A stretch of DNA of 64,000 nucleotides from Kiritimatiellia bacterium. GTDB taxonomy: Bacteria; Verrucomicrobiota; Kiritimatiellia; RFP12; UBA1067. Where the stretch lies: NCBI GenBank assembly GCA_050949565.1, contig JBMNFY010000010.1:32001-96000 (forward strand), in the 5' to 3' direction. The first letter of the stretch is position 1. Each line of letters opens with the position of its first letter. Both the position numbers and the translations under genes were made by a program. Shown here piece by piece: positions 1-9,555 of the stretch. The notes beneath the pieces were generated by a model. That model searched no databases, was not told where the DNA came from, and saw nothing but the letters and a program-made list of their open reading frames with translations.

Positions 1-114
1 CGAGGATGTAGCGCAGATCCTTCTTGTCGCGGCCTTCTGCGGGCTTCGAGTTGTAGGCCATTTGCGCTTTGGCTTCCAGCGCCAGACGGGAAGTCAGGGC
101 CGCGCGCATGCCGA
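1..114 (-). repeat. Diverged direct copy of part of the 3' end of the DUF481 gene (matches 375-488)
   Basis: By-eye alignment of 1-114 with 375-488 shows 5 mismatches: 3 synonymous, 2 in one Ser/Ala codon. Confidence 0.9.
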
Positions 115-246
115 AGCGGTTTCTGGCTGGTTAACCGTTACTTCGGTTTGAGCGTGAAGGACACGCTCAAATCCTGGACCGTGATGGAGAGCATCATCGG
201 CATCACCGGTGTGGTGATCGCCTGGCTGTTGAGCTACGTGGTCTAA
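115..246 (+). pseudogene. Orphan 3' end of a GntP-family gluconate:H+ symporter
   Basis: Translates SGFWLVNRYFGLSVKDTLKSWTVMESIIGITGVVIAWLLSYVV*, the typical GntP C-terminus; the 5' part is replaced by the duplicated DUF481 fragment. Confidence 0.75.
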
Positions 247-247
247 A

Positions 248-320
248 AATTTAGGAGTTAAAATTTAGGATTCAGGAATTGTGTATAAAACTCCTAAATC
301 CTAAATCTCAACTCCCAAAT
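248..320. repeat. Inverted array of degenerate heptamers (TTTAGGA/TCCTAAA)
   Basis: atttaggagtt...aactcctaaat with further degenerate copies, between convergent genes. Confidence 0.75.
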
Positions 321-354
321 CCGGTTGCGATTCAACGTCGTTGAATCGCGCCGG
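321..354. terminator. Hairpin between convergent genes (possible terminator)
   Basis: gcgattcaac-gtc-gttgaatcgc flanked by ccgg/ccgg, immediately after the DUF481 stop; no clear U-tract. Confidence 0.5.
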
Positions 355-1359
355 TCAGAAGGTCCAGCCGACGCCGAGGATGTAGCGCAGATCCTTCTTG
401 TCGCGGCCTTCCGAGGGCTTTGAGTTATAGGCCATTTGTGCTTTGGCTTCCAGCGCCAGACGGGAAGTCAGGGCCGCGCGCATGCCGACGTCGGTGTTCA
501 CCAGATAATTGGCCACGTACTCGAAACTCGGGATGTATTCGAGGTTGTGGAACGCCTTCACGTAGTCATTGAAGGATTTGTCGACGTGGTAGGCCAACCG
601 GCCTGCCATGTAGGTGCGGGTTTCGCTCGGCTCTTGGTACTTCTCATGGACCCAGTTCACACCGGCTTCCGTCGAGAAGTTCAGGTCAGCCCGTTCGATC
701 CATTGGTAACCGAGACCGACGCCCGGCGTCAGGCGCATGTCCAAGTTGGCGATGCGATCCTTCTCATACCGGATGTTGCCGTGGCCGTACAACTTCTGCG
801 TGAAGAAGTAGTCATACTGGCCCTTCAGGAACCAGTTGTCGGCGGTCGTTTCGTTTTGGCGTGTGGAGTCATCGCGCTGTTTGGCGGTGTAATAACCCGC
901 GCCCAGCGTGATGCGGTCCACATCCGTGCGCCGTGCCGCCTCGACGCCGACGCTCGCGGTATCGCTCTTCGTGTTGCCGCGCACAAAAGTGGCGCCGGCC
1001 GAAACGATACCTTTCCAGGCGGGCTTATCAGGATTCAGCTTGGCAATGTTGCCGAACGGCAGGGTTCGCCCAGCCTCGATGGAAACCTGCCCGCCTTCGG
1101 ACGGAGACACTTTTTTGTTTACGATGGAACCGTCGGACAGGGCGATTTCGATCGGCGCATCCGTCGAGAATGTATCGATATCGTCCATTTTCAACACGAG
1201 GGGGCCGGCCACTTTGGAATCAAACAGCATCTTGCCGTCCGCCATCGACTTCACCGTGCCAGTTAACCGGTCGCCAGACTTGAACTGCACTTCATCGGCC
1301 AGCGTCACCGCCGCCACGCCGATGCATCCAGCAACGGCCATAATCCACATTTTGTTCAT
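355..1359 (-). CDS. DUF481-family outer-membrane beta-barrel protein
   Basis: Signal peptide MNKMWIMAVAGC..., N-terminal D-x-V-x-x-K-S-G-D-R-L-T-G domain, GNT motif, terminal GVGWTF; start reassigned to ATG 1359 with AAGGA upstream. Confidence 0.85.
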   Translation of the reverse strand: MNKMWIMAVAGCIGVAAVTLADEVQFKSGDRLTGTVKSMADGKMLFDSKVAGPLVLKMDDIDTFSTDAPIEIALSDGSIVNKKVSPSEGGQVSIEAGRTLPFGNIAKLNPDKPAWKGIVSAGATFVRGNTKSDTASVGVEAARRTDVDRITLGAGYYTAKQRDDSTRQNETTADNWFLKGQYDYFFTQKLYGHGNIRYEKDRIANLDMRLTPGVGLGYQWIERADLNFSTEAGVNWVHEKYQEPSETRTYMAGRLAYHVDKSFNDYVKAFHNLEYIPSFEYVANYLVNTDVGMRAALTSRLALEAKAQMAYNSKPSEGRDKKDLRYILGVGWTF

Positions 1360-1564
1360 ACTACAGGTTGTCCTTTTTTTAATCAAAAGATCCTGTGGAC
1401 GTAATGCGTCCACAAAACCACGCCACCATATCAGAATAATTACGGGGTGAGCAAGCCGTTTCAGAGTGCCTTTGAACTTGAGCCTTAAAGGCCAATTCGG
1501 TACTGTTAAAAGATCATATGGAAGAGTTTCGCAAATGATGTTGGTAGCTCGATAGGGGAACACC

Positions 1565-2611
1565 ATGGCAACTTTCGATCTGTCCAGTTCAGCGGAGGCG
1601 CGCTGGCAGCGCTTGTTTGCGCTCGCTGCGCGTCTGGATGAACTGTGCCCCTGGGAGTGGATGGGGGTGGCGGATTGTTTCGGCCTGCTCTTCCCGGAGC
1701 AGAAAGAACCTTGCTTCGTCGTGTTCGGCGGCAGTCCGAAGACCTTCCGTCATGTGCGCTTCCTGATGGGCTGGAAAGCTTTTTACGACATGATTACACG
1801 GCTGGCCGCCCCCTCCAAACAAACGCCGACTTGGCTGCTGGAAATCCCGATGATCGAGATGCTGTTTGTGGAGCCCGCATCGCTTTTCGATCATGAGCGT
1901 GAGTTTTATGAGGCGCTCGAACGGCCGCTCAAGTCAGGCCCCGACAACGTGGTCTTCCGATCGATCATTCCAGGCTACCACCCGTGGATACCGGATGATG
2001 AGGAACTCGCCCTGCTGGAAACGGCCCTCTATCAAGCCTACGGTATGGCGATGCGCGTAGAGTCCGACGGCTTGCTGTTGAAGAGTGAGTTCCCCCGCAA
2101 AATTCTGGTGCGCAAGCAGAACGAGCAAGGTGATTGGCATGATGACTGGATGACGATCAAACCGATCGCCGACGAAGAGGTGGAGGTGCGTCTGGCAAAC
2201 GACCTCTTGCAGGCGCTGCGGGACAAACCGCTCTGGCCGATGACCGTTCAGCTTGATCTGGTCTTTACGCCGTTGTCAATCGGTGACAAAGGCGTACGTC
2301 CGCAGACCGCCTACGTGCTGCTTGTGGTCGATGCGGTGTCGGGCATGATTATCGCCGAGGAGTTGTTTTTGGCGAGTGATGGCATTCCTCTCATGTGGGC
2401 CGCGATTCCTGAGCGGTTGCTGACGATCTTCAAGCGCTTGGGCGGATGCCCGGAAACGATTGAGGTTGGCAATGACCGCATGGCGAATCTGCTGCGCCCG
2501 CTGGGCGAACTCCTGCCGTTCAAAATGGTGCGACGCGAGCGGCTGAGCGTGCTTGAAAACGCGCGCGAGAAGATCGATGGATTCATAAAAGAGGCGGGGG
2601 CGGCACCTTGA
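1565..2611 (+). CDS. Conserved hypothetical protein (resembles DUF7309/DUF6930-type proteins)
   Basis: 348-aa ORF with a PWEWM...FG motif and FRS..PGYHPW; family call from memory. Confidence 0.7.
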   Translation: MATFDLSSSAEARWQRLFALAARLDELCPWEWMGVADCFGLLFPEQKEPCFVVFGGSPKTFRHVRFLMGWKAFYDMITRLAAPSKQTPTWLLEIPMIEMLFVEPASLFDHEREFYEALERPLKSGPDNVVFRSIIPGYHPWIPDDEELALLETALYQAYGMAMRVESDGLLLKSEFPRKILVRKQNEQGDWHDDWMTIKPIADEEVEVRLANDLLQALRDKPLWPMTVQLDLVFTPLSIGDKGVRPQTAYVLLVVDAVSGMIIAEELFLASDGIPLMWAAIPERLLTIFKRLGGCPETIEVGNDRMANLLRPLGELLPFKMVRRERLSVLENAREKIDGFIKEAGAAP

Positions 2612-3309
2612 CGCAACCGGGCGAACAGAGGATACGCTTTCCTTGGCGTACCGCGACAGTGGTCGGCGTCGTGGCGCTGGCCATCATTCTGCCGTTTGTC
2701 TTCGCGGGGGCGCAGGTCGATGCGTGGGTGAGGAAGGTCATTGCGCAAGCCGAGCAGAATCGCGTGCTGGCGGGGTGCCTGCTCGCCGGCCTGCTGGCAA
2801 CCGATATCCTGATGCCGGTGCCGTCGAGTCTGGTCAGCACCGCTTGCGGCATGGCACTGGGCTTTTGGGGCGGGACGCTCGCCTCGTTCGCGGGGATGTC
2901 GATCACGACGGCCGTCGGCTACCTGATGGGACGCTACGCCGCCGCGCCAGTAGGCCGCCTGATCGGCGCGGCTGAGTTTGCGATGCTGGAGAGGTTCCAC
3001 CGGCGTCACGGCATCTGGCTGTTGCTGGCGCTGCGTCCCGTGCCGGTTCTAGCCGAGACGTCGGTGGTTTTCAGCGGGGTGGCGCGCTTGCCAGTGACGC
3101 AGGTGGCGGCGGTCACGATGATCGGCAATGTGACGGTTTCGGCGGTTTATGCCGCGATCGGCGTATGGGGTGTTTGCTCGGATTCGTTCATTCCCGCTTT
3201 TTTGGTGGCGATGGTCCTGTCCGGCGTGATGATGGCTGTCATGCGAAAGCGCACGGCAAAAGCCTCGGCGGAACAGCCGCAACAAGGAGATCAGAATCAT
3301 GGGACATGA
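2608..3309 (+). CDS. DedA/VTT (SNARE-associated) family membrane protein
   Basis: Hydrophobic segments, D-ILMPVPSS, G..FWGG and RPVPVLAE motifs; start overlaps the upstream stop. Confidence 0.85.
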   Translation: MTQPGEQRIRFPWRTATVVGVVALAIILPFVFAGAQVDAWVRKVIAQAEQNRVLAGCLLAGLLATDILMPVPSSLVSTACGMALGFWGGTLASFAGMSITTAVGYLMGRYAAAPVGRLIGAAEFAMLERFHRRHGIWLLLALRPVPVLAETSVVFSGVARLPVTQVAAVTMIGNVTVSAVYAAIGVWGVCSDSFIPAFLVAMVLSGVMMAVMRKRTAKASAEQPQQGDQNHGT

Positions 3310-4315
3310 ACGTTCGTTGCAAGAGATCATTGATCTGGCCAGCGCCTACTACGGATCGGCCGTGCTTTTTGCCGCGCTGGAGACCGGTCTCTTTACGCAT
3401 ATCGCGCAGGCGCAGCGTCCGCTCACCGTAGCGGAGTTGGCGGCATGCGCAAAGCTTGATCCGCGCGGCGCGCGCCTCCTGCTTGATGCCTGCGTTGCTG
3501 CGGGTTTGTTGCGCAAAAGCGGTGAGACCTATGAGAATACAGCGGCCGGTAAACAAGCGCTGGTCACCGGTGGGGCGCACGATGTGACGAAGGCAATCCG
3601 CTACAATCAAGATGTCTATGCGGCATGGGGACGGCTCGCAACATTTGCGCGTAGCGGACAGCCGGTTGAACCGCCAGCCCATCATCTGGGCGACGATCCC
3701 GAACGGACGCGCCGCTTTGTGCTGGCGATGCACGGACGCGCGCTGGGTATCGGGCGCATGGTGGTCCCGATGATCGATCTCGCCGGCTGCACGCGCCTGC
3801 TGGACCTGGCCGGCGGACCGGGAACTTACGCTGTGCTGTTGGCGCAGGCTCATCCCGCGTTGCAGTGCGTCACCGTGGACCTCCCGGCGGTGTCGGCGGT
3901 TGCCGCCGAACTGGTGGCTGCGGCCGGCATGACGGAGCACGTGACCTGCCGTGCCGGGGATTATCATACCGATCTCTACGAAGAGGCTGCGTTCGATGCT
4001 GTCACAATCTTCGGGGCGCTGCATCAGGAGGCACCGGAGATGATCGTTTCGATTCTTACCCGCGCGTGCGCCGCGCTGCGTCCCGGCGGACGGCTTTTCG
4101 TGCTGGACATGATGACCGACGCGACCCGCACGCAGCCCGTTTTTTCCGCGCTGTTCGCCCTCAACATGGCGCTCACCACCGACCACGGATGGGTGTTCTC
4201 CGATGCAGAACTGCACACTTGGCTGCAACAGGCCGGCTTTGAGGCGTGTACCACACAGCATGTGCCGCCGCCCATGCCGCACTGGCTGGTCACGGCGCGC
4301 AAGCCGGTTCACTGA
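3299..4315 (+). CDS. SAM-dependent O-methyltransferase with N-terminal dimerisation domain
   Basis: LFAALETGLF dimerisation domain, LLDLAGGPG SAM motif, GDY, LRPGG. Confidence 0.9.
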   Translation: MGHERSLQEIIDLASAYYGSAVLFAALETGLFTHIAQAQRPLTVAELAACAKLDPRGARLLLDACVAAGLLRKSGETYENTAAGKQALVTGGAHDVTKAIRYNQDVYAAWGRLATFARSGQPVEPPAHHLGDDPERTRRFVLAMHGRALGIGRMVVPMIDLAGCTRLLDLAGGPGTYAVLLAQAHPALQCVTVDLPAVSAVAAELVAAAGMTEHVTCRAGDYHTDLYEEAAFDAVTIFGALHQEAPEMIVSILTRACAALRPGGRLFVLDMMTDATRTQPVFSALFALNMALTTDHGWVFSDAELHTWLQQAGFEACTTQHVPPPMPHWLVTARKPVH

Positions 4316-4692
4316 CGGCGGTAGATGCCCTCGAAGACCACTTGCCCTTTGTGGCGCAGGACACAGTAGGGGGCCTTTTCGATGAACTCATACTGCTTGT
4401 TGGCCGAGAGGTAACGGATGCCCGACGTGGCGAGCGTTTGGTAGAGCACGCGGCGGGAGCCGTCCGGCAACGTCAAGCGCACTTTGCCCTCGTAGGTGCA
4501 GACGAGTCCGCTGGGTAACGTTTCCGTACGCTTCTCGCGTCCATACTCAACCCACAACTGTTCGGCATCCACGTTGATGAAACGGCTCTCGCGAGTCGGC
4601 GTAAAAGTCCAAGAGGCGCATCCCGTCAGGATGAGCGCGATAGCCAATAGGCCGCATGGTGCCGGGAGCGCAAAAAAGTGGTGAAGCTTCAT
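4309..4692 (-). CDS. Hypothetical lipoprotein
   Basis: Lipobox LTGC after a hydrophobic stretch; TSGIRY resembles the MliC-type SGxxY motif. Confidence 0.65.
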   Translation of the reverse strand: MKLHHFFALPAPCGLLAIALILTGCASWTFTPTRESRFINVDAEQLWVEYGREKRTETLPSGLVCTYEGKVRLTLPDGSRRVLYQTLATSGIRYLSANKQYEFIEKAPYCVLRHKGQVVFEGIYRRQ

Positions 4693-4871
4693 GGTGCCTA
4701 GTGTACCGTTTTGGGGATGGGATGGGCAAGCGTGCGGAATCGGTTAGTGATGTGCCGGGATTATGCGGGTCGAGCGCGTGACATTTGGGCTCAGGTTTCA
4801 CGTTTCAGGTTTCGGTGTTGGACGTGTTGGACATTGTGGACGTGGTGGACATGCAAGTCTGACGAAAAATC

Positions 4872-5040
4872 AGTGCGGCGGCAAGCGGTATTCCGCGCGA
4901 CGCCGCTTTTTGAGCAGGAGTGCGGTGGCAGGGCGCACGCACGACCCGCGCACAGCGCGGTTCTTGTCACCGCACTCCAAATTTTCCGCCGCGCCACGCG
5001 CGGCACAACAATCATGTCAATCATGTCAATCATGTCTAAA
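4872..5040. repeat. REP-like element family A (GGAGTGCGG...CCGCACTCC) with 9-mer tail, copy 1
   Basis: Reverse complement matches 25063-25210 and 34505-34698; (ATCATGTCA)x3 tail. Confidence 0.85.
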
Positions 5041-5135
5041 AACCACCACTCACCCTTTTCGTTAGAAACGCATGATCTTCGCGCATCTCTGTCACTAGCC
5101 GCTCGATCGCGATCACGATTTTCCAAAGCCCGGTG

Positions 5136-5164
5136 TTGACGGCGGGCGCCGAAAAACGTACGAT
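5136..5164 (+). promoter_or_regulatory. Sigma70-type promoter of oadB
   Basis: TTGACG-17 bp-TACGAT, about 60 bp upstream of the start. Confidence 0.6.
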
Positions 5165-5225
5165 GCAAAGCCTTCAACCCGGCAACATTGAACTGCCGGA
5201 CGTGAGGGTAACCTGAGAGGGAAGT

Positions 5226-6368
5226 ATGGATTTTCTATTGGATGGGATCAGGGCGTTCACTTGGCAACAGGCGGTGATGTTTGCCGTCGGCTTTACGCTG
5301 ATCTGGCTGGCGATCAAGAAACAGTGCGAACCGATGCTGCTTTTGCCGATGGGCTTCGGCGCTATCCTGGTGAACATCCCCTTTAGCGGAGCGCTGAATC
5401 AGGTTCTGCCCGGGGTGGGCGAAACCCAGGGGGCGATCCAGTGGCTTTTCGAGGTCGGCATCGAATCGTCCGAAATCCTGCCGCTGCTGCTGTTTATCGG
5501 TATCGGCGCGATGATCGATTTCTCGCCGCTGTTCCAGCGCCCGATCTATTTCGTTTTCGCCGCCGCCGCCCATTTCGGCATTTTCGCGACCATCGTCCTA
5601 GCCTGTGTGCTGGGCTTTGATTTAAGGGACGCGGCGGCGATCGGCATCATCGGCGCTGCCGACGGCCCTACCACGATTCTGGTCGCCCAGGTCTTGCAGT
5701 CCAAGTACATGGGTGCGATCGCAGTTACCGCGTACTCCTATATGGCGCTGGTGCCGATCATCCAACCGGCGGTCATTTACCTTCTGACCTCGCGCGATGA
5801 GCGGCGCATCCGCATGGAGCCGACAAAGGATTCCGACATCCCGCGAACTGTGCGCATCCTTTTCCCCATCGCTGTGACCATCGTCGTCGGTCTGATCTCC
5901 CCCGCCGCCGTCTCTCTGATCGGTTTTCTTATGTTCGGTAACCTGATCCGCGAATGCGGCGTGCTGGAATCGTTGTCCAGAACCGCGCAAAACGAGCTGA
6001 CCAATCTGATCACGCTGTTGCTGGGCATCATCATCGCGTTCACCATGAAGGCGGACCAATTCGTCACGCGGGACACCATCATGATTCTCGGGCTGGGGCT
6101 TTTCGCCTTCATTTGCGACACCGCTGCGGGCCTGCTGTTCGCGAAGTTTCTGAACCTCTTTTTACGCAAGAAGATCAACCCCATGATCGGGGCGACGGGC
6201 ATCTCTGCCTTCCCCATGTCGGCGCGGGTTATTCATAAACTGGCGATGAAAGAGGACCCGGGCAACATCCTGATCATGCAGGCCGTCAGCGCCAACGTCG
6301 CGGGGCAGATCGCCTCGGTGGCCGCGAGCGGCCTGGTGTTGAGCCTAGTCCTGAAATACCTGCAATAG
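5226..6368 (+). CDS. oadB: Sodium-translocating decarboxylase subunit beta
   Basis: EPMLLLPMGFG, IGAMIDF, AAIGIIGAADGPT, AYSYMALVPIIQP and SAFPMSARV motifs. Confidence 0.95.
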   Translation: MDFLLDGIRAFTWQQAVMFAVGFTLIWLAIKKQCEPMLLLPMGFGAILVNIPFSGALNQVLPGVGETQGAIQWLFEVGIESSEILPLLLFIGIGAMIDFSPLFQRPIYFVFAAAAHFGIFATIVLACVLGFDLRDAAAIGIIGAADGPTTILVAQVLQSKYMGAIAVTAYSYMALVPIIQPAVIYLLTSRDERRIRMEPTKDSDIPRTVRILFPIAVTIVVGLISPAAVSLIGFLMFGNLIRECGVLESLSRTAQNELTNLITLLLGIIIAFTMKADQFVTRDTIMILGLGLFAFICDTAAGLLFAKFLNLFLRKKINPMIGATGISAFPMSARVIHKLAMKEDPGNILIMQAVSANVAGQIASVAASGLVLSLVLKYLQ

Positions 6369-6387
6369 CAAAAGCCGGAGGATCACC

Positions 6388-6531
6388 ATGGATCACGCTG
6401 AAACCGTACGCATTTCGCTTACCATCATGTGGCAAGGCATGCTGGGATTGTTCATCATCACCATCATCATGGCTTGGCTCACCGCCACCATCATTAAGTC
6501 TTGCAAACGTCCCGAAAAACCTTCGGAGTGA
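6388..6531 (+). CDS. Small single-TM OadG-like (gamma) subunit, 47 aa
   Basis: GGAGG RBS; MDHAETVRISLTIMWQGMLGLFIITIIMAWLTATIIKSCKRPEKPSE*; directly after oadB; too short for the ORF track. Confidence 0.8.
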   Translation: MDHAETVRISLTIMWQGMLGLFIITIIMAWLTATIIKSCKRPEKPSE

Positions 6532-6637
6532 GGCCGTTCACAAAGGCATGGCTTCGGGAATAGAGGTTTTTTTAACTCAGAACGCTGAACGTCGAACTCT
6601 GAACTCTGAAGTCGAAAACTCCTTGAGGGGAGGTCAA

Positions 6638-9046
6638 ATGAAACGAGCAGTTGCAGCGATGGGGCTAGTTGTTGTGGCGTCGGTTTGCGCGGCGGCACCG
6701 GTGAATGTGGCGCTGAACAAACCGTACACGTTGACACCGACGCCGCGTTATCGGTATTGCACGGATGCCGGCGATAAGACGCAGCTTACGGATGGTGTCT
6801 ATGTGAAGGGTTACTTCTGGACACAGCAGGGCACGGTGGGCTGGAGCAGCGTCGCGCCAGTCTTTTGCACGATTGATCTGGGCCGCGTGGAGCCGATCTG
6901 CGGCGCGTCGTGGAGTACGGCGGCCGGCGTGGCGGGTGTGAATTGGCCCGAGTGCCTGTATGTGCTGGCAAGCGAAGACCGCAAGACGTGGACATACTTG
7001 GGCGACCTCTGCGAATGGGGCAACCACGGTCAGCCTCCGCCGCAAGGGGCTTACGCGACCTTCCGCTACGCCACGGACCGCCTGAAAGGCCGCGGCCGTT
7101 ACGTGTGCGTGATCGCTGCGGCGCGTCCCTTCTGCTTTGTGGATGAGATCGAGGTGTGGCGCGGACCGGACGCTTGGCTGACGGAGCCGATGTCGGGCCG
7201 TCAGGCCAGCGATCCCCGTCAGTTCTACAACGAGAGTTGCGTGCAGTCCGGCGTGTCGGCGCGGTTGCGCCAAGACCTGAACGTGATCTTCAGTCAGGCG
7301 GCGACCAACGGATTGTCGGCGGCGCTGGCACCGCATAGTGACGAGGCGGAGCGATTGCGCGCGGCCATCGCCGACAGTGCGGCGAAGATGCCCAGTACCC
7401 TGCAGACGATACTGCCGTATGGCGCGTTGCATGAGAAAATTCTGGCGCTCAATGTGCCGGTTCTGCACGCGTCCGGCGTGACGCAACCGCGTCTGTGGCA
7501 GAATAACCGATGGGATCCGCTCGCGCTGACCGCCTTACCGCCGTCGGGCGCGGAAACGTCGGTGTTGTCGCTCGATCTGATGCGCGGCGAGGTGCGCGGC
7601 GAGGTACTCAACCTCACGAATCCGCATGACCGCACGTTGCCCTTTACATTGCGGCTGGAGGGCTTGCCGGCCGCCTTGAATCTGGAGTTGCGCGAGGTGG
7701 TGCCGACCGACACACAGAGCCGCACGCCGGTGATGGCCGCATTGCGTCCGCTTGTTCCCGATGCGCAAGGGCGTTGCACGCTCAATGTGCCTGCGGGGTG
7801 CACGCGACAGGTGTGGCTCTCCTGTCGCCGTCCCGCTGCCTCGCCTGGCGTTCACGAAGGACGTCTGCTGGTCGAAGCGTCGTCCGTGGCGTTCCGGCGC
7901 GGCGTAGCCGTGCGCGTGCGGCTGCGCAATCTCGATTTCCCGCGCCAGCCGCAGTTGCATCTGGGCGGCTGGGATTACGTGCAGGGTGCGGCCGATTACT
8001 ATCGCGCGCCCGGCAATCTCGCGCCCAATCTGGCGTTGATGCGGGACATGTATGTGGACAGTCCTTGGGCGACGCCCGCCGTCTTTCCCAAAGGGGCGCG
8101 TTTTGACGAGGCGGGTCAACTGCTCAATGCCGACGCGCTGGACTACACGCTCTGGGACGAGTGGATCGCGCGTTGGCAGGGGGCGCGCAACTACTGCGTG
8201 TTTTTTGCCGTTGGCCCGGCGTTTCACGGCGAAAAAATGGGCACGCCGCGCTTTGCGACCATGGTCGGTTCTTGGCTCACCGCTTGGGTTCGGCACATGG
8301 AGGGGCAGGGTCTGAAGGCCAGTCAGATGGTCATCTTGCTGTTTGATGAGCCGCACGAGCGCAGCCACGACGAGATTCTGATCGCATGGGCCCGGGCCGT
8401 GCGTGCCGCCAACCTCGGCGTTACGCTTTTCATCGATCCGACCTACAGGGATCCGACAAAGGGCGATCCCGAGATGTACGCCCTTCACGATATCCTCTGT
8501 CCCAACACACCGATGATGATTGAGCAGGGTGCACGGTTCCGCGATTTTTATCTGCGTCAACAAGCGGAGGGCAGGACCCTCTGGCTCTACTCATGCAGCG
8601 GCCCCGCCAAACTGCTGGACCCGATTACCTATCACCGTGCGCAGGCTTGGCTGGCGTTTCAGATCGGTGCCAAAGGCTCCTTCTACTGGGCCTTGGGTTG
8701 CGGTGGCGGCATCGGCGATTCGTGGCGTGCCTACGCGCAGTCGGGTATCGAATACTCGCCTTACTTTGTGGGGCCGGACAGCGTGCTGGAAGGCAAACAC
8801 AGCGAGGCCGTACGCGAGGGGGTGCAGGATTACGAAGCGCTCTGCATGTTGCGGGATCGCGTGGAACAGGCACGCGCCGCCGGACGCGATGTACCGTGGG
8901 TGCAGGAAGCGAAGCGCGTGTTGTCTGAGGGCGTGGCCGAAGCGGTGGCGGAAGTGAAGCCGCAGCACATCCACTGGCATGTCGACAAAGAGCGCGGCGC
9001 GATGGATAAGGTGCGCCTTCAGGTCCTTGACCTGCTGGAGAAATAA
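6638..9046 (+). CDS. Secreted putative glycoside hydrolase (discoidin-like N-domain, DUF4091/GH123-like C-terminus)
   Basis: GGAGG RBS before ATG 6638, signal peptide, NVALNKPY...LTDG...IDLG, FDEP, REGVQDYE. Confidence 0.7.
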   Translation: MKRAVAAMGLVVVASVCAAAPVNVALNKPYTLTPTPRYRYCTDAGDKTQLTDGVYVKGYFWTQQGTVGWSSVAPVFCTIDLGRVEPICGASWSTAAGVAGVNWPECLYVLASEDRKTWTYLGDLCEWGNHGQPPPQGAYATFRYATDRLKGRGRYVCVIAAARPFCFVDEIEVWRGPDAWLTEPMSGRQASDPRQFYNESCVQSGVSARLRQDLNVIFSQAATNGLSAALAPHSDEAERLRAAIADSAAKMPSTLQTILPYGALHEKILALNVPVLHASGVTQPRLWQNNRWDPLALTALPPSGAETSVLSLDLMRGEVRGEVLNLTNPHDRTLPFTLRLEGLPAALNLELREVVPTDTQSRTPVMAALRPLVPDAQGRCTLNVPAGCTRQVWLSCRRPAASPGVHEGRLLVEASSVAFRRGVAVRVRLRNLDFPRQPQLHLGGWDYVQGAADYYRAPGNLAPNLALMRDMYVDSPWATPAVFPKGARFDEAGQLLNADALDYTLWDEWIARWQGARNYCVFFAVGPAFHGEKMGTPRFATMVGSWLTAWVRHMEGQGLKASQMVILLFDEPHERSHDEILIAWARAVRAANLGVTLFIDPTYRDPTKGDPEMYALHDILCPNTPMMIEQGARFRDFYLRQQAEGRTLWLYSCSGPAKLLDPITYHRAQAWLAFQIGAKGSFYWALGCGGGIGDSWRAYAQSGIEYSPYFVGPDSVLEGKHSEAVREGVQDYEALCMLRDRVEQARAAGRDVPWVQEAKRVLSEGVAEAVAEVKPQHIHWHVDKERGAMDKVRLQVLDLLEK

Positions 9047-9550
9047 TAGGTAATAGGTAATAGGTGAGAGGTAAGAAGTAATAGGTAATAGTAGGCAGTG
9101 GGCAGTGGGCAGTAGGCTTGGTGGTCACAAAAAGTGGCTCGCAATCGTGAGAGTAAAAGCACAGCTCGGTTGTTTCACGCGAAGGCGCGAAGGCGCGAAG
9201 GTTGGAGGGCGAGTGTCCCCACGAGCCGCCGGGACGGGCAATGGAGGGCGAGTGTCCCCACGAGCCGCCTTCCGCTGTGCGGAAGGATGGTTTCAGGTTT
9301 CATTGCGGAGCGCCGCCCACTTGAGCGTTGAAAGTTGAGCGTTGGGCGTTGAGCGTCCGTGCTGTGCGCAGACGGCGGCTCGTGGGGACACTCGCCCTCC
9401 AGTGCTGTGGTCTGGGCTCGCGAAGCACTGGGAGGGTCAAGCGTCTGCTTGACCGCGGACGAGCAGACGCTCGTCCCTCCCCGGCGGCGGTCACGCCGCC
9501 ACCCCGTAAAAAACCTCTGCGTCTCCGCGCTTCTGCGTTACAAAACGCTT
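9044..9550. repeat. Composite intergenic repeat region: heptamer tracts plus REP-like families B and C
   Basis: (TAATAGG)n and (GGCAGTG)n; TGGAGGGCGAGTGTCCCCACGAGCCGCC at 9203 and 9242, inverted at 9374-9401; segments shared with 53933-54031. Confidence 0.85.
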
Positions 9551-9555
9551 AACGT

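Noticed and set aside
4711-5177. ORFs of 100-142 aa on both strands
   Set aside because: They consist of the family A repeat and microsatellites; the same peptide (RRQAVFRATPLFEQE) recurs at another repeat copy.
9203-9270. Two ~28-bp direct repeats resembling a mini CRISPR array
   Set aside because: Only two direct copies about 11 bp apart plus an inverted copy, and no cas genes; fits REP-like elements.
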